Source: Candidatus Poribacteria bacterium (GTDB lineage Bacteria > Poribacteria > WGA-4E > WGA-3G). Taken from it: a DNA stretch of 64,000 bases. Shown in pieces: positions 9,366-18,025 of this stretch (within the stretch, counting starts at the first letter, position 1; each line of letters starts with the position of its first letter). The translations under genes were made by a program, and so were the position numbers. The stretch is from the NCBI GenBank assembly GCA_965261125.1, contig CBDHCS010000003.1, positions 460,801-524,800 of the forward strand. Reading direction: 5' to 3'. The notes under the pieces were generated by a model. That model ran no database searches, was not told the DNA's origin, and saw only the letters and a program-made list of their open reading frames with translations.

Positions 9366-11456
9366 TTAGTCTTGAGTAGGGATGAAGGGCTTTACATCCC
9401 ACAGTAGAATTGTACCATCATCCGCTCCACTTGCCAGAATTGTGCCGTCAGGAGAAAAGTCAAGTGACTGCACGTCTGTAGTATGTCCCCAGAAGGTCTT
9501 GATATTTTCACTTGTGGCAACCTCCCACAACCTGATTGCCATTTTCTCCATTCCCTGCTGCCACCAAGTCCCCGATACAAGATACTTGCCACACGGTGAA
9601 AAGGTGAGTGCATACGTCCGTCGGCTGTTTTCAGATTGTGGTATCGTACGTAACGTCGTTAGTTCCTCAGCACACCACAAGCGAATCTCGTCGTCCATTC
9701 CGCCGGCAATTATCTTACCACACGGTGAAAACGCTATCCCTTCAGTGCAGCGAGGCTCATCCAGAGGAAGTGGCGCAATTTGCTCACCTGACTCAACATC
9801 CCACAAGCGAATGGTGTCGTCGCGCGCCCCGCTCACTAACCGCTTGCCATCCAGTGAAAACGCCAGTGATGTAACGTAATCCGTATGCCCAGTGAGCAGT
9901 GTTGGCTTCCCTGGATCGTGGAAGTTCCATACATAAACCGTGCCTTCTCTACTCCCCGCTGCAAGCCGATCGCCAGTGGGAGCGAACACTTTGTGACGCA
10001 CCCACTGTGAAGGTTCCTTAGGTGCTGTGAACTCAGCGACAGGTTCGTCCGGATTACTGGCATCCCATACTTTGGTCTCATTGTGGAGACGGGTGCCCAG
10101 TATCCTTCCACAAGGCAAAACAGTGTAAGTATGAATATTTTTCCCCTTCATTAACGTTTCCTGTGGACACTTCTGGGCAACATCCCATAATTCAATACCT
10201 GGGTAATCGCGGGTACTTACGAGTGTTTGGTTATCCAACCAAGCCACCTTAGGATAGGGCCACGGGAAATGAGGTTCACAAAGCGTTGGGAATGTTTGGG
10301 TCTTGCCATCTGTCTCTTTGTTGGACAGCGCGTAGGCGACAGCCAACTGTGGACATCTGAAAAACCATATCGCACCAACGCTCCCCGTCAAGAGTTCAAT
10401 CGTTTGTAGTTTTTCACGGGGTTCTACACCGCAGATATCAATGGCTACTGCCGCTTTCTCATAGCGAAATGCGGCAGTCAGTAGCTTCCCCTCTGATGAG
10501 TAGAATGGAAGTCCCCAATCTGTTTCAGAGTCGGTATAAGCCTTCTTTTGTATACCTTTTGTGACATCCCACACGCGTAGACTTTTATCTCTACTACTCG
10601 ACACAAGAAATTCACCACACGGCGAAAAGGTTACAGTATTCACCCAATCACTATGCCCTATGAAGTGAGCAATGCGTTCCTTTGTTTCCACATCCCACAC
10701 CGAAACACAGCGATCAACACGCCCTTCATTGCTAAGAGAATCATCAGCAGATGCGCCTGCCAGCAGACGACTATCTGCTGAAAAGGCAAAATTTCTTCCT
10801 GCAAACTTGATAATTGCCTCACCCGTCTCTGGATGCCACACGTAAGTTTGCGTCCCTTCTGTGTCAGGATTCAGAACCTGTCCGTCGCGCGAAAGTTTAG
10901 GATTTCGTGCTGTAGCAGCGAGACAGCTACCATCTGGCGAAAATTCGAGTTGGGAAATATCATTTGATTGGAATTCGTGCGCGCCCCGATCCATCTGTGC
11001 AATACACTCACCGCTATGGATATCTAATACCTTCACGACCCCTTTCATCGCTGCAATCGCAATCCACTTGCCGTTCGACGAACAGGCAAGTCCACCAAAA
11101 GCGTCTTGACCTTCTATCTGTGTGATACATTCGCCGCTTTGAATATCCAGTCCCTTGATAATACCATCCGCAGTAGAGATGATAAGCCATTTGCCATCAG
11201 AGGAAAAATCGATGGAATTAACCATTCCCCTTTTCGTTTCCCACAATGAAATCGGAGACATTGAGGCTATGTCATACCACCAAAGCCCCATGAGGGTTCC
11301 AACAGCGAAAAACGTGCTATCTGGAGATAATTTAACATCTCCTTCATTCACATCACCTTTGCCAAATCGAGCAATCGCACCTTCTGGCAATGCCCAGGTT
11401 GTTCCTGTGGCATCACCTTGCACAACATTAAAGGGTGCAGGTTTTGGATTTTGCAT
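9366..11456 (-). CDS. WD40-repeat beta-propeller protein (tandem paralog)
   Basis: 696 aa of WD repeats. It shares the N-terminal MQNPKPAP...ARFGKG motif with 7304-9328. Confidence 0.85.
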   Translation of the reverse strand: MQNPKPAPFNVVQGDATGTTWALPEGAIARFGKGDVNEGDVKLSPDSTFFAVGTLMGLWWYDIASMSPISLWETKRGMVNSIDFSSDGKWLIISTADGIIKGLDIQSGECITQIEGQDAFGGLACSSNGKWIAIAAMKGVVKVLDIHSGECIAQMDRGAHEFQSNDISQLEFSPDGSCLAATARNPKLSRDGQVLNPDTEGTQTYVWHPETGEAIIKFAGRNFAFSADSRLLAGASADDSLSNEGRVDRCVSVWDVETKERIAHFIGHSDWVNTVTFSPCGEFLVSSSRDKSLRVWDVTKGIQKKAYTDSETDWGLPFYSSEGKLLTAAFRYEKAAVAIDICGVEPREKLQTIELLTGSVGAIWFFRCPQLAVAYALSNKETDGKTQTFPTLCEPHFPWPYPKVAWLDNQTLVSTRDYPGIELWDVAQKCPQETLMKGKNIHTYTVLPCGRILGTRLHNETKVWDASNPDEPVAEFTAPKEPSQWVRHKVFAPTGDRLAAGSREGTVYVWNFHDPGKPTLLTGHTDYVTSLAFSLDGKRLVSGARDDTIRLWDVESGEQIAPLPLDEPRCTEGIAFSPCGKIIAGGMDDEIRLWCAEELTTLRTIPQSENSRRTYALTFSPCGKYLVSGTWWQQGMEKMAIRLWEVATSENIKTFWGHTTDVQSLDFSPDGTILASGADDGTILLWDVKPFIPTQD

Positions 11457-11471
11457 TGTCCTTCTCTTTGA

Positions 11472-12716
11472 TTATAGTTCAGCACGCGTCATAAAAATCG
11501 CATAGATAGCAGAAGTCCGCACCAGATCAGGAATATACACACGTTCATTTATGGCATGTCCACCTTCACCCCGCGGCCCGTAGCCAATTCCCGGCAAACC
11601 TGTGTGGACAAAATAGTGCAGGTCAGTAAACCCCGCAGTACTCTTAAATTTCGGTTGATTGAAACGGACAGTCCGCACTGCATCAGCAAAACCTTGCGCT
11701 AAAGGGGAATCAGTATCCGTTAAACACGGTTCAATTCGTAAAATTGCTCGGACCTCTGCTTTTAAATCTGGATAATATTCACACGCACCCGAAATTGCTT
11801 CTCGTAAGTCAAGTTCTGCAAACTCAAGTTTTTCATTGGGTGTAATCCGCCTGTCAATTGAGAAGGTGAGATGTGCTGGAACAGTGTTGACCTTATCCCC
11901 TTCAGTGCCACGGAACGTTCCACCAATGTTCATAGTCGGATAACGTTCACTGTCATCCAGCAGTTTAAACGCGCGTTCTGGTGACTTCAAATTCCGTTTT
12001 ACCCGTTGCAACGCTAATACAAGTTCTGCTGTTTTCTCAAAGGCGTTTACTCCTTTATCTGGTTGAGACCCATGTGCCGCTTTTCCGTGAACGTCAATTT
12101 CCAGCCAAAGCACCCCGTTATGTCCGTTGCCGATGTTCATTTCCGAACCCCCTTCACAGTTGACAACATAGTCAGCGTTGACCAACTCCTTCTCTACAAT
12201 ATATCCAGCGCCTAACTGCCCACCTGTCTCCTCATCACAAGTGAACGAGCACTCAATGTTAAACAACGGTTCAGCACCACTCTCCTGAACAGCCTGAATT
12301 GCAAAAAGCAGTGCAGCGATGGCATCCTTCATATCATCCGCTCCACGCCCATAAAGCCATTCCCCTTCAATCTTTCCGCTGAACGGATCATCGAAACGCC
12401 ACTCCCCCGAAACCGGCACGACATCGTAATGGGCGTTAAAATGTACCGTCTTTTCTGCCCCAACATCCCAGCGTGCAATCAGGTTCAGCCGTGGATGGCT
12501 TGAGGCATTTGAAATAATTTGTTCAGCACGCTGTTTGGGAACTTTTACGATTTTTGTTTTCATTCCCAACGCCTGGCATTTTGCTTCAAGTAGTTCAACA
12601 ATCTTAGTATAATTCTCACCTGGTGGATTGACGGTTGGAATTCTGACGAGTTCTTGCAGCAACCCACACAACGAATCTTGGTTGTCCTTAATATAGGTTT
12701 GTACGGACATTATCAT
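11472..12716 (-). CDS. M20-family metallopeptidase/deacylase (ArgE/DapE-like)
   Basis: 414 aa with an HxD...D...EE...H metal-ligand layout (HYDVV, GADDMK, CDEETGG). Confidence 0.8.
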   Translation of the reverse strand: MIMSVQTYIKDNQDSLCGLLQELVRIPTVNPPGENYTKIVELLEAKCQALGMKTKIVKVPKQRAEQIISNASSHPRLNLIARWDVGAEKTVHFNAHYDVVPVSGEWRFDDPFSGKIEGEWLYGRGADDMKDAIAALLFAIQAVQESGAEPLFNIECSFTCDEETGGQLGAGYIVEKELVNADYVVNCEGGSEMNIGNGHNGVLWLEIDVHGKAAHGSQPDKGVNAFEKTAELVLALQRVKRNLKSPERAFKLLDDSERYPTMNIGGTFRGTEGDKVNTVPAHLTFSIDRRITPNEKLEFAELDLREAISGACEYYPDLKAEVRAILRIEPCLTDTDSPLAQGFADAVRTVRFNQPKFKSTAGFTDLHYFVHTGLPGIGYGPRGEGGHAINERVYIPDLVRTSAIYAIFMTRAEL

Positions 12717-12725
12717 TTCTCCTGT

Positions 12726-13139
12726 TTACGATACAACCGCTTGGTCACCAGCAGATAAATGCCCAACCGTTTCACCGGTCTCTGTAAAGGTGCGTGTTAC
12801 GTCAACAGAGGCATAAGTCCACAAAATCTTCATCGGTGCTTCACTTTCATTCCAAAACCTGTGCGGGATGCCAGCAGGAACAAACGTTGTGTCAAATACA
12901 TTCATTGTGAAGACTTCACCGTCAACCTCACAAGTGGCTTCACCTTCAAGAATTGTCACAGATTCATCGCAATTGTGGTAGTGGCGTGCGATTGCTGCAC
13001 CAGGTTCAAATATCGTTATGCCGTTGGTAAGCGATGTGGAATCAAGCCACTTCCCTGCTAATGGTACCGTTTTGACACCGGTACCGCGATCAATAGGCTT
13101 CTGTTTATCAAAATCAATTATATGTGCTTTTGTGCTCAT
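12726..13139 (-). CDS. cupin-domain protein
   Basis: 137 aa with an HYHNCDESVTILEGE ... H cupin metal motif. Confidence 0.7.
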   Translation of the reverse strand: MSTKAHIIDFDKQKPIDRGTGVKTVPLAGKWLDSTSLTNGITIFEPGAAIARHYHNCDESVTILEGEATCEVDGEVFTMNVFDTTFVPAGIPHRFWNESEAPMKILWTYASVDVTRTFTETGETVGHLSAGDQAVVS

Positions 13140-13244
13140 TCTGGTAAATCTCTTTCAGTTTGGATTTGTTATAGTTTCACATAAATACACAATAATTTCA
13201 ACAAGTAATTGTGTGGTAACAAACCTCTCATTATGGCTATTTGC

Positions 13245-14417
13245 TTATTTGCAAACCAAATGACGCACATTTGCAAATCCATCTAACGCATGTTCTATAT
13301 CAGAATCTGTGTGCGTTGCCATCACGGTAACACGTAGACGGCTTGTACCTGCTGGGACAGCAGGCGGACGAATTGCAGGTGCAAACACATCCTCTGCAAG
13401 CAACGCTTCAGCGACATCTGTTGCGCGTTGTGGTTCTCCTATTATCACAGGCAAAATCTGTGTTTCGCTCGGCAATAGGGTATATCCTAAATCCGTTAAC
13501 GCTGTTTTCATGGTTTCTGCATGGTTCAGGAGATGGCACCGCAAATTCCTTGAAGAACGCATAACATTGAGTGCCGCGTCAGCTGCTGATAACGTTGCTG
13601 GTGGCAGTCCAGTCGTAAAAATAAAGCCGCGCGCTCGGTTGATGAGTAAATCAATCAACACCCGATGCCCGGCGACATATCCTCCTAAACCGCCTATCGC
13701 TTTGCTGAGCGTCCCCATCTGAATAATATCTTGCCCTTCTAATCCGCAGTGTGCTACGGTGCCGCTTCCATCCTTTCCTAAAACGCCAAATCCGTGTGCG
13801 TCATCTACCAACAGCATCGCATTATATTCCTTAGCAAGTTCGTAAATATCCGGTAGCGGTGCAATATCCCCATCCATACTGAAAACACCGTCTGTCACAA
13901 TGAGTCTCCGCCTAAAATCCGAAGACTCTGCTAATAACGTCTTTAGATGTTCCACATCGCAATGTCGGTATACCTTTTTGGTAGCGCGACTGAGACGGCA
14001 TCCGTCAATGATACTTGCATGGTTAAGCGCATCGCTTAAGATGAGATCACCTTCGCCCGCAAGCACAGGAATGATGCTTGTATTCGCCGCATAGCCTGAG
14101 CTAAAAACAAGTGCTGCTTCAGTTCCTTTTGTTTTCGCTAAGTTTGCTTCCAAAGTTGTGTAGAGTTCGCTGTTCCCTGAAAGCAGACGGGATCCGCTTG
14201 CACCAGCACCATAAACCATCGCTGCAGAGGCTGCTGCGGACATAACCCTGGGATGTGTGCTTAACCCCAAATAGTTGTTTGATCCGAGGTTCACAACATA
14301 GTTTCCATCAAGAGTAATTACGCCTGTCGGCGGACTCATCACAGTGCGGAGGTGGCGCAGCAATCCTGCTTGTTCAAGTTCTGTGTATTCTGTTTGTAGC
14401 CAGTCGTGGTAGTTCAT
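13245..14417 (-). CDS. class II aminotransferase, 8-amino-7-oxononanoate synthase / 2-amino-3-ketobutyrate CoA ligase-like
   Basis: 390 aa with a PLP-lysine motif (GTLSKAIGGLGGY) and an HG..G loop of the alpha-oxoamine synthase family. BioF cannot be distinguished from Kbl on sequence alone. Confidence 0.75.
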   Translation of the reverse strand: MNYHDWLQTEYTELEQAGLLRHLRTVMSPPTGVITLDGNYVVNLGSNNYLGLSTHPRVMSAAASAAMVYGAGASGSRLLSGNSELYTTLEANLAKTKGTEAALVFSSGYAANTSIIPVLAGEGDLILSDALNHASIIDGCRLSRATKKVYRHCDVEHLKTLLAESSDFRRRLIVTDGVFSMDGDIAPLPDIYELAKEYNAMLLVDDAHGFGVLGKDGSGTVAHCGLEGQDIIQMGTLSKAIGGLGGYVAGHRVLIDLLINRARGFIFTTGLPPATLSAADAALNVMRSSRNLRCHLLNHAETMKTALTDLGYTLLPSETQILPVIIGEPQRATDVAEALLAEDVFAPAIRPPAVPAGTSRLRVTVMATHTDSDIEHALDGFANVRHLVCK

Positions 14418-14421
14418 CTCG

Positions 14422-15342
14422 TCACCCGATGAACTGTCTCAAGAAGATATGGCTCTGCCTTAAGGCGCGTTGTCGTGTCTCTAATGTTTCCTCGTACGCA
14501 CGATCCTCAATCTCAACACAGACCGAACCATCATAACCTGTATCGCTTAAAACAGAAAAAAAACTGCCCCAGTCCACATCGCCAAGTCCCGGCAGTTTTG
14601 GTGTATGATACGCCAGCGGCGTTGCAAGAATACCAACCTCATCAAGTCGTTCCCTATCTAACCGTACATCTTTCGCATGCACATGGAAAATGCGACCAGC
14701 AAAGGTAACAAGCGGTTTTAAGTAATCCATCTGAAGCCATATAAAATGGGATGGATCAAAGTTGAGTCCAAAATTCTCGGATGGAATTTCTTCAAACATC
14801 CGTTCCCAAATCGATGGAGAATAGGCAAGGTTTTGCCCCGCGGGCCATTCGTCTTCAGTGAAAAACATCGGACAATTTTCAATACCGATACGGATACCAT
14901 GGTCTGCAGCAAATTGAATTAGGGGTTTCCACACCTGCACAAACCGTTCCCAATTGCCGTCTATTGTCCGTGTCTGATCCCTACCGATGAACGTGTTTAC
15001 AATGTCTACCGATAAACGTTTCGCTGCCAATATTAGTTGTTTAAGGTGTTCGCTATAGATATTCGCTTCTGTTTCATTAGGTGTCAGCGGGTTCGGATAG
15101 TAGCCTAAACCACTAATCGTTATCCCCGCATCCGAAACACATTGTAGAATGTCATCTGCTTCTGCTTCGGAAAGGGACGCTACATCAATATGTGTAACGC
15201 CTGCATAACGTCTTTCCGCTTTTCCTTTGGGCCAGCACATCAACTCAACGCAATCGTAGCCTGTGTCGGCAGCAAATTGGGCAACCTCTGCCAATGTCTG
15301 ATCAGGCAAAATCGCACTTACAAATCCGAGTTTCATATACAA
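14422..15342 (-). CDS. sugar phosphate isomerase/epimerase (xylose isomerase-like TIM barrel)
   Basis: 306 aa with TIM-barrel family motifs. It lies 4 bp upstream of the aminotransferase-like gene. Confidence 0.7.
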   Translation of the reverse strand: MYMKLGFVSAILPDQTLAEVAQFAADTGYDCVELMCWPKGKAERRYAGVTHIDVASLSEAEADDILQCVSDAGITISGLGYYPNPLTPNETEANIYSEHLKQLILAAKRLSVDIVNTFIGRDQTRTIDGNWERFVQVWKPLIQFAADHGIRIGIENCPMFFTEDEWPAGQNLAYSPSIWERMFEEIPSENFGLNFDPSHFIWLQMDYLKPLVTFAGRIFHVHAKDVRLDRERLDEVGILATPLAYHTPKLPGLGDVDWGSFFSVLSDTGYDGSVCVEIEDRAYEETLETRQRALRQSHIFLRQFIG

Positions 15343-15508
15343 CCTCCATATTGCTTTTTAAACATTATACTACGCATCAGACAATTTTTGGAGATTTTTG
15401 AATCCCGAAATAGAAATTTACACCGCTCCGTATCTCTTTACACATCAGTTTGTCTACAAAAACTTTACACACCCAAGAAAAACATTATGCGGACAGGGAT
15501 AGAGCAGA

Positions 15509-17458
15509 CTACTGATTAAGAACTAAAGTAGTTAAATCCCACAAAAGAATTGTGCCATCGGCACTGCCACTCGCAAGCGTTTCCCCATCGGGTGAGTACG
15601 CAAGACTATTCACAACATCCGTATGTCCCATATAAGTATCCAGTAGTTTTCCTGTTTGCACGTTCCAAAAGTAAATTGCACCATTGTCTCCACAAGCGAT
15701 CAAACTACCATTTGGAGAAAATGCAACAGAAAATATTTTCTTTGCTTGTCCTTTAAGAGTTCCTAACAATTCGCCTGTCTGACTGTTCCACAAGCGGAGT
15801 GTCCCATCGTGACTTCCGCTGGCAAATATGCTGCCATCGGGTGAATATGCCACCGCATAAACACTTCCTGTGTGGTCAGCAAGGGTTTTCAGTGAATTCC
15901 CAGTTTGCACATCCCACAATCGGACTGTCTTGTCGCAGCTGCCTGTGGCGAGGCTGCCTCCATCTGGAGAAAACGCTACGGCGCAAACACTGTCTGTATG
16001 TCCAGTGAATGTCAACAGCAAATCGCCAATAAGATACAGTTCACCTCTGCGGACTTCCCATAAGCAGGTTGTGTTGTCATGGCTGCCAGTGGCAAGCATG
16101 CAACCGTCCGGAGAAAACGCGACTGAAGATATATTTTCTTTATGTCCAACGAAGGATCCAAGGAATCTTCCGTTTTGAGCATCCCATAATCGCGCTTTTT
16201 TTGTATCCTCTGCACTTGCGAGTATTTTACCGTCCGATGAATATGCGACTGCAAGTACATTTTGTTGTGGACGACGAAAAATTTCCCAGGAATATGTGAT
16301 AGTTGTTTGGATTTCACCGGCCTCTGAGTTTCGCATAAGAATTTCGGTCCCATAGCTACTCGCGAGTGTGTTGCCATTTGGAGAGTAAGCCACAGAATAA
16401 GTGCGTTGAGAAGGATGACGTGTTCCAACTGTTTTTTGCGGAGGACGTGTTCCTTCTGTTTTTTGGGTAGAAGAACAATGAAGGGTATGATCCGAAATCG
16501 TTTCTAAGATTTTGCCAGTGTTTACTTCCCAAAACCGAATCGTGCCAATCTCACTTGCACAAGCAATCGTTTCGCCATCGGGTGAAAATGCTACAGAAGA
16601 GGGCCAAGAATTTACATCTACCTCAAGTTCAAACCTTTTCAGCAATTGTCCAGTGCCAACATCCCAAAGACAGACATCATCACCATGTATTCCAGTAGCG
16701 AATGAGCGTCCATCAGGAGCAAATGTAATAGGTGAGAAATCACCCATCCAACTTTCGGCTTCACACGTTTTCAGTTTTTTACCTGTGTTAGCATCCCAAA
16801 AATTAATTTCTCCACAGCTATCTCGACTAATGAGCATGCTGCCATCAGGGCTGTACACAATATATTCTACCCAATCAGTCCCTTCAGTAAAGTGTTTTAG
16901 CAATTCACCTGTTTGTGCATCCCAAACCCAAATTCCACCTTTTCCACCAAAAGCTTCACTGCTGGCAATTGTATTTCCATCTGGCGAAAAAACTGCTGAA
17001 AAAACGCTCTCCGTATGCTCCTCAAGTTTTGCTAACTGTTGTCCCGTTTGTAGATTCCAGAGCCCAATCGTTTTGTCGTCACTTGCAGTGGCAAGCCTTT
17101 CACCATCCGGACTGAAGGCAACAGCGTTGACAGTCTCCGTATGCCCAATGAAAGTTGCTTTGTGTTCCCCTGTATTGGCATCCCACAAACGTGCAGTCTT
17201 ATCATCACTCGCGGTTGCAAACGTTCCCCCATCCGGACTAAATACTATTGAATTGACTGGACCTGTATGTCCCGTTATCAGTTCAAGGGGTTTGCATGTT
17301 TCCACATCGTAAATCCAGACTCCTATTGTGCTGGCAACGGCGAGCCGTGTGCCATCCGGAAAAAATTTTATTTCATTTATCCCTCCTTTGCCAATGCGTT
17401 TTTTGGCACCTGGGGGAAGTTTCCACTGTGTGTAGTGTTGCAGATTTTGCATGTTCAT
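15509..17458 (-). CDS. WD40-repeat beta-propeller protein
   Basis: 649 aa of WD repeats. The N-terminus has KLPPGAKKRIGKG. It is a paralog of 21428-23423. Confidence 0.85.
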   Translation of the reverse strand: MNMQNLQHYTQWKLPPGAKKRIGKGGINEIKFFPDGTRLAVASTIGVWIYDVETCKPLELITGHTGPVNSIVFSPDGGTFATASDDKTARLWDANTGEHKATFIGHTETVNAVAFSPDGERLATASDDKTIGLWNLQTGQQLAKLEEHTESVFSAVFSPDGNTIASSEAFGGKGGIWVWDAQTGELLKHFTEGTDWVEYIVYSPDGSMLISRDSCGEINFWDANTGKKLKTCEAESWMGDFSPITFAPDGRSFATGIHGDDVCLWDVGTGQLLKRFELEVDVNSWPSSVAFSPDGETIACASEIGTIRFWEVNTGKILETISDHTLHCSSTQKTEGTRPPQKTVGTRHPSQRTYSVAYSPNGNTLASSYGTEILMRNSEAGEIQTTITYSWEIFRRPQQNVLAVAYSSDGKILASAEDTKKARLWDAQNGRFLGSFVGHKENISSVAFSPDGCMLATGSHDNTTCLWEVRRGELYLIGDLLLTFTGHTDSVCAVAFSPDGGSLATGSCDKTVRLWDVQTGNSLKTLADHTGSVYAVAYSPDGSIFASGSHDGTLRLWNSQTGELLGTLKGQAKKIFSVAFSPNGSLIACGDNGAIYFWNVQTGKLLDTYMGHTDVVNSLAYSPDGETLASGSADGTILLWDLTTLVLNQ

Positions 17459-17504
17459 CTCCTCCCAATCTCTATTTTTGATGTGTAGTAAAACCTATAA
17501 TTAT

Positions 17505-17635
17505 TGGGACACTTCTGTAGCGCAAACTGTTAGTTGCGTCCCATCGGCACAAACTATAGTGAAGCTTAGAAATAAATAGACACTTTCAACCGACTGCTGG
17601 CGAGGTTTCCTAACCTCGCTGGTGCAGAAGTGTCC
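17505..17635. repeat. inverted-repeat-bounded element (GGGACACTTCTG ... CAGAAGTGTCC) containing the tcct-loop hairpin
   Basis: The two terminal 11-12-mers are reverse complements. A related left end occurs at ~62826. Confidence 0.5.
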
Positions 17636-17695
17636 AATTAATTCTAAAATTCACTGTAAATGAATATTAAATAAATATTTCGGGTACTTTCTTTA

Positions 17696-17750
17696 GTCCC
17701 GTGAATCAACGCCAAATACGCGTTTGGTATTTGGCGTTGATTCACGGGAC
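17696..17750. repeat. perfect 23-bp-stem hairpin (GTCCCGTGAATCAACGCCAAATA-cgcgtttgg-TATTTGGCGTTGATTCACGGGAC)
   Basis: Exact reverse complementarity was checked base by base. Related AATGC-CAAA...TTTGGCATT hairpins occur at ~20928-20951 and ~28321-28350. Confidence 0.8.
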
Positions 17751-17841
17751 TAATTAGGACAAACACAATAACCATGCGTATTGATAAGAGTTCATAATAA
17801 TGTAGACGTTTCTTAAGTTGACACATAAGGGTTCCGTTTCT

Positions 17842-17980
17842 GCACAACCTAAATGAAGATTAATTTATTAATTCGGTAATTTCCCATATCTACACAAGTC
17901 ATGTGCAAGCCTCTGCTGGCGAGGTTTCCTAACCTCGCCAAATTACCGATTTATTTTCTTAAACTTCATACAGGTTGTGC
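17842..17980. repeat. MITE-like element, copy 1 (~139 bp; ~40-bp imperfect terminal inverted repeats GCACAACCTAAATGAAGATTAATTTATTAATTCGGTAATTT; central GCGAGGTTtcctAACCTCGC hairpin)
   Basis: The left end and the reverse complement of the right end align. A second copy lies at 62872-63068. Confidence 0.7.
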
Positions 17981-18025
17981 TACAGAAATGAAATGTCTAA
18001 GTAATTATATGCTTTACTATAATCT

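Noticed and set aside
16512-17312. 266-aa + strand ORF (and similar ORFs at 15870-16178, 18267-19091, 9382-9879, 23665-24006, 24796-25155, 21600-22217) rich in repeated LPSGEKA/SPSGENATE peptides
   Set aside because: They lie antisense inside WD40 genes. The periodic peptide is the reverse-frame shadow of the FSPDG...LAS repeats. They have no ribosome-binding site and no independent family resemblance.
17696-17750. 23-bp perfect hairpin as Rho-independent terminator of the sigma::WD40 gene
   Set aside because: No U/T tract follows the stem on either strand. Related hairpins occur in non-terminator positions. It is treated as a repeat element.
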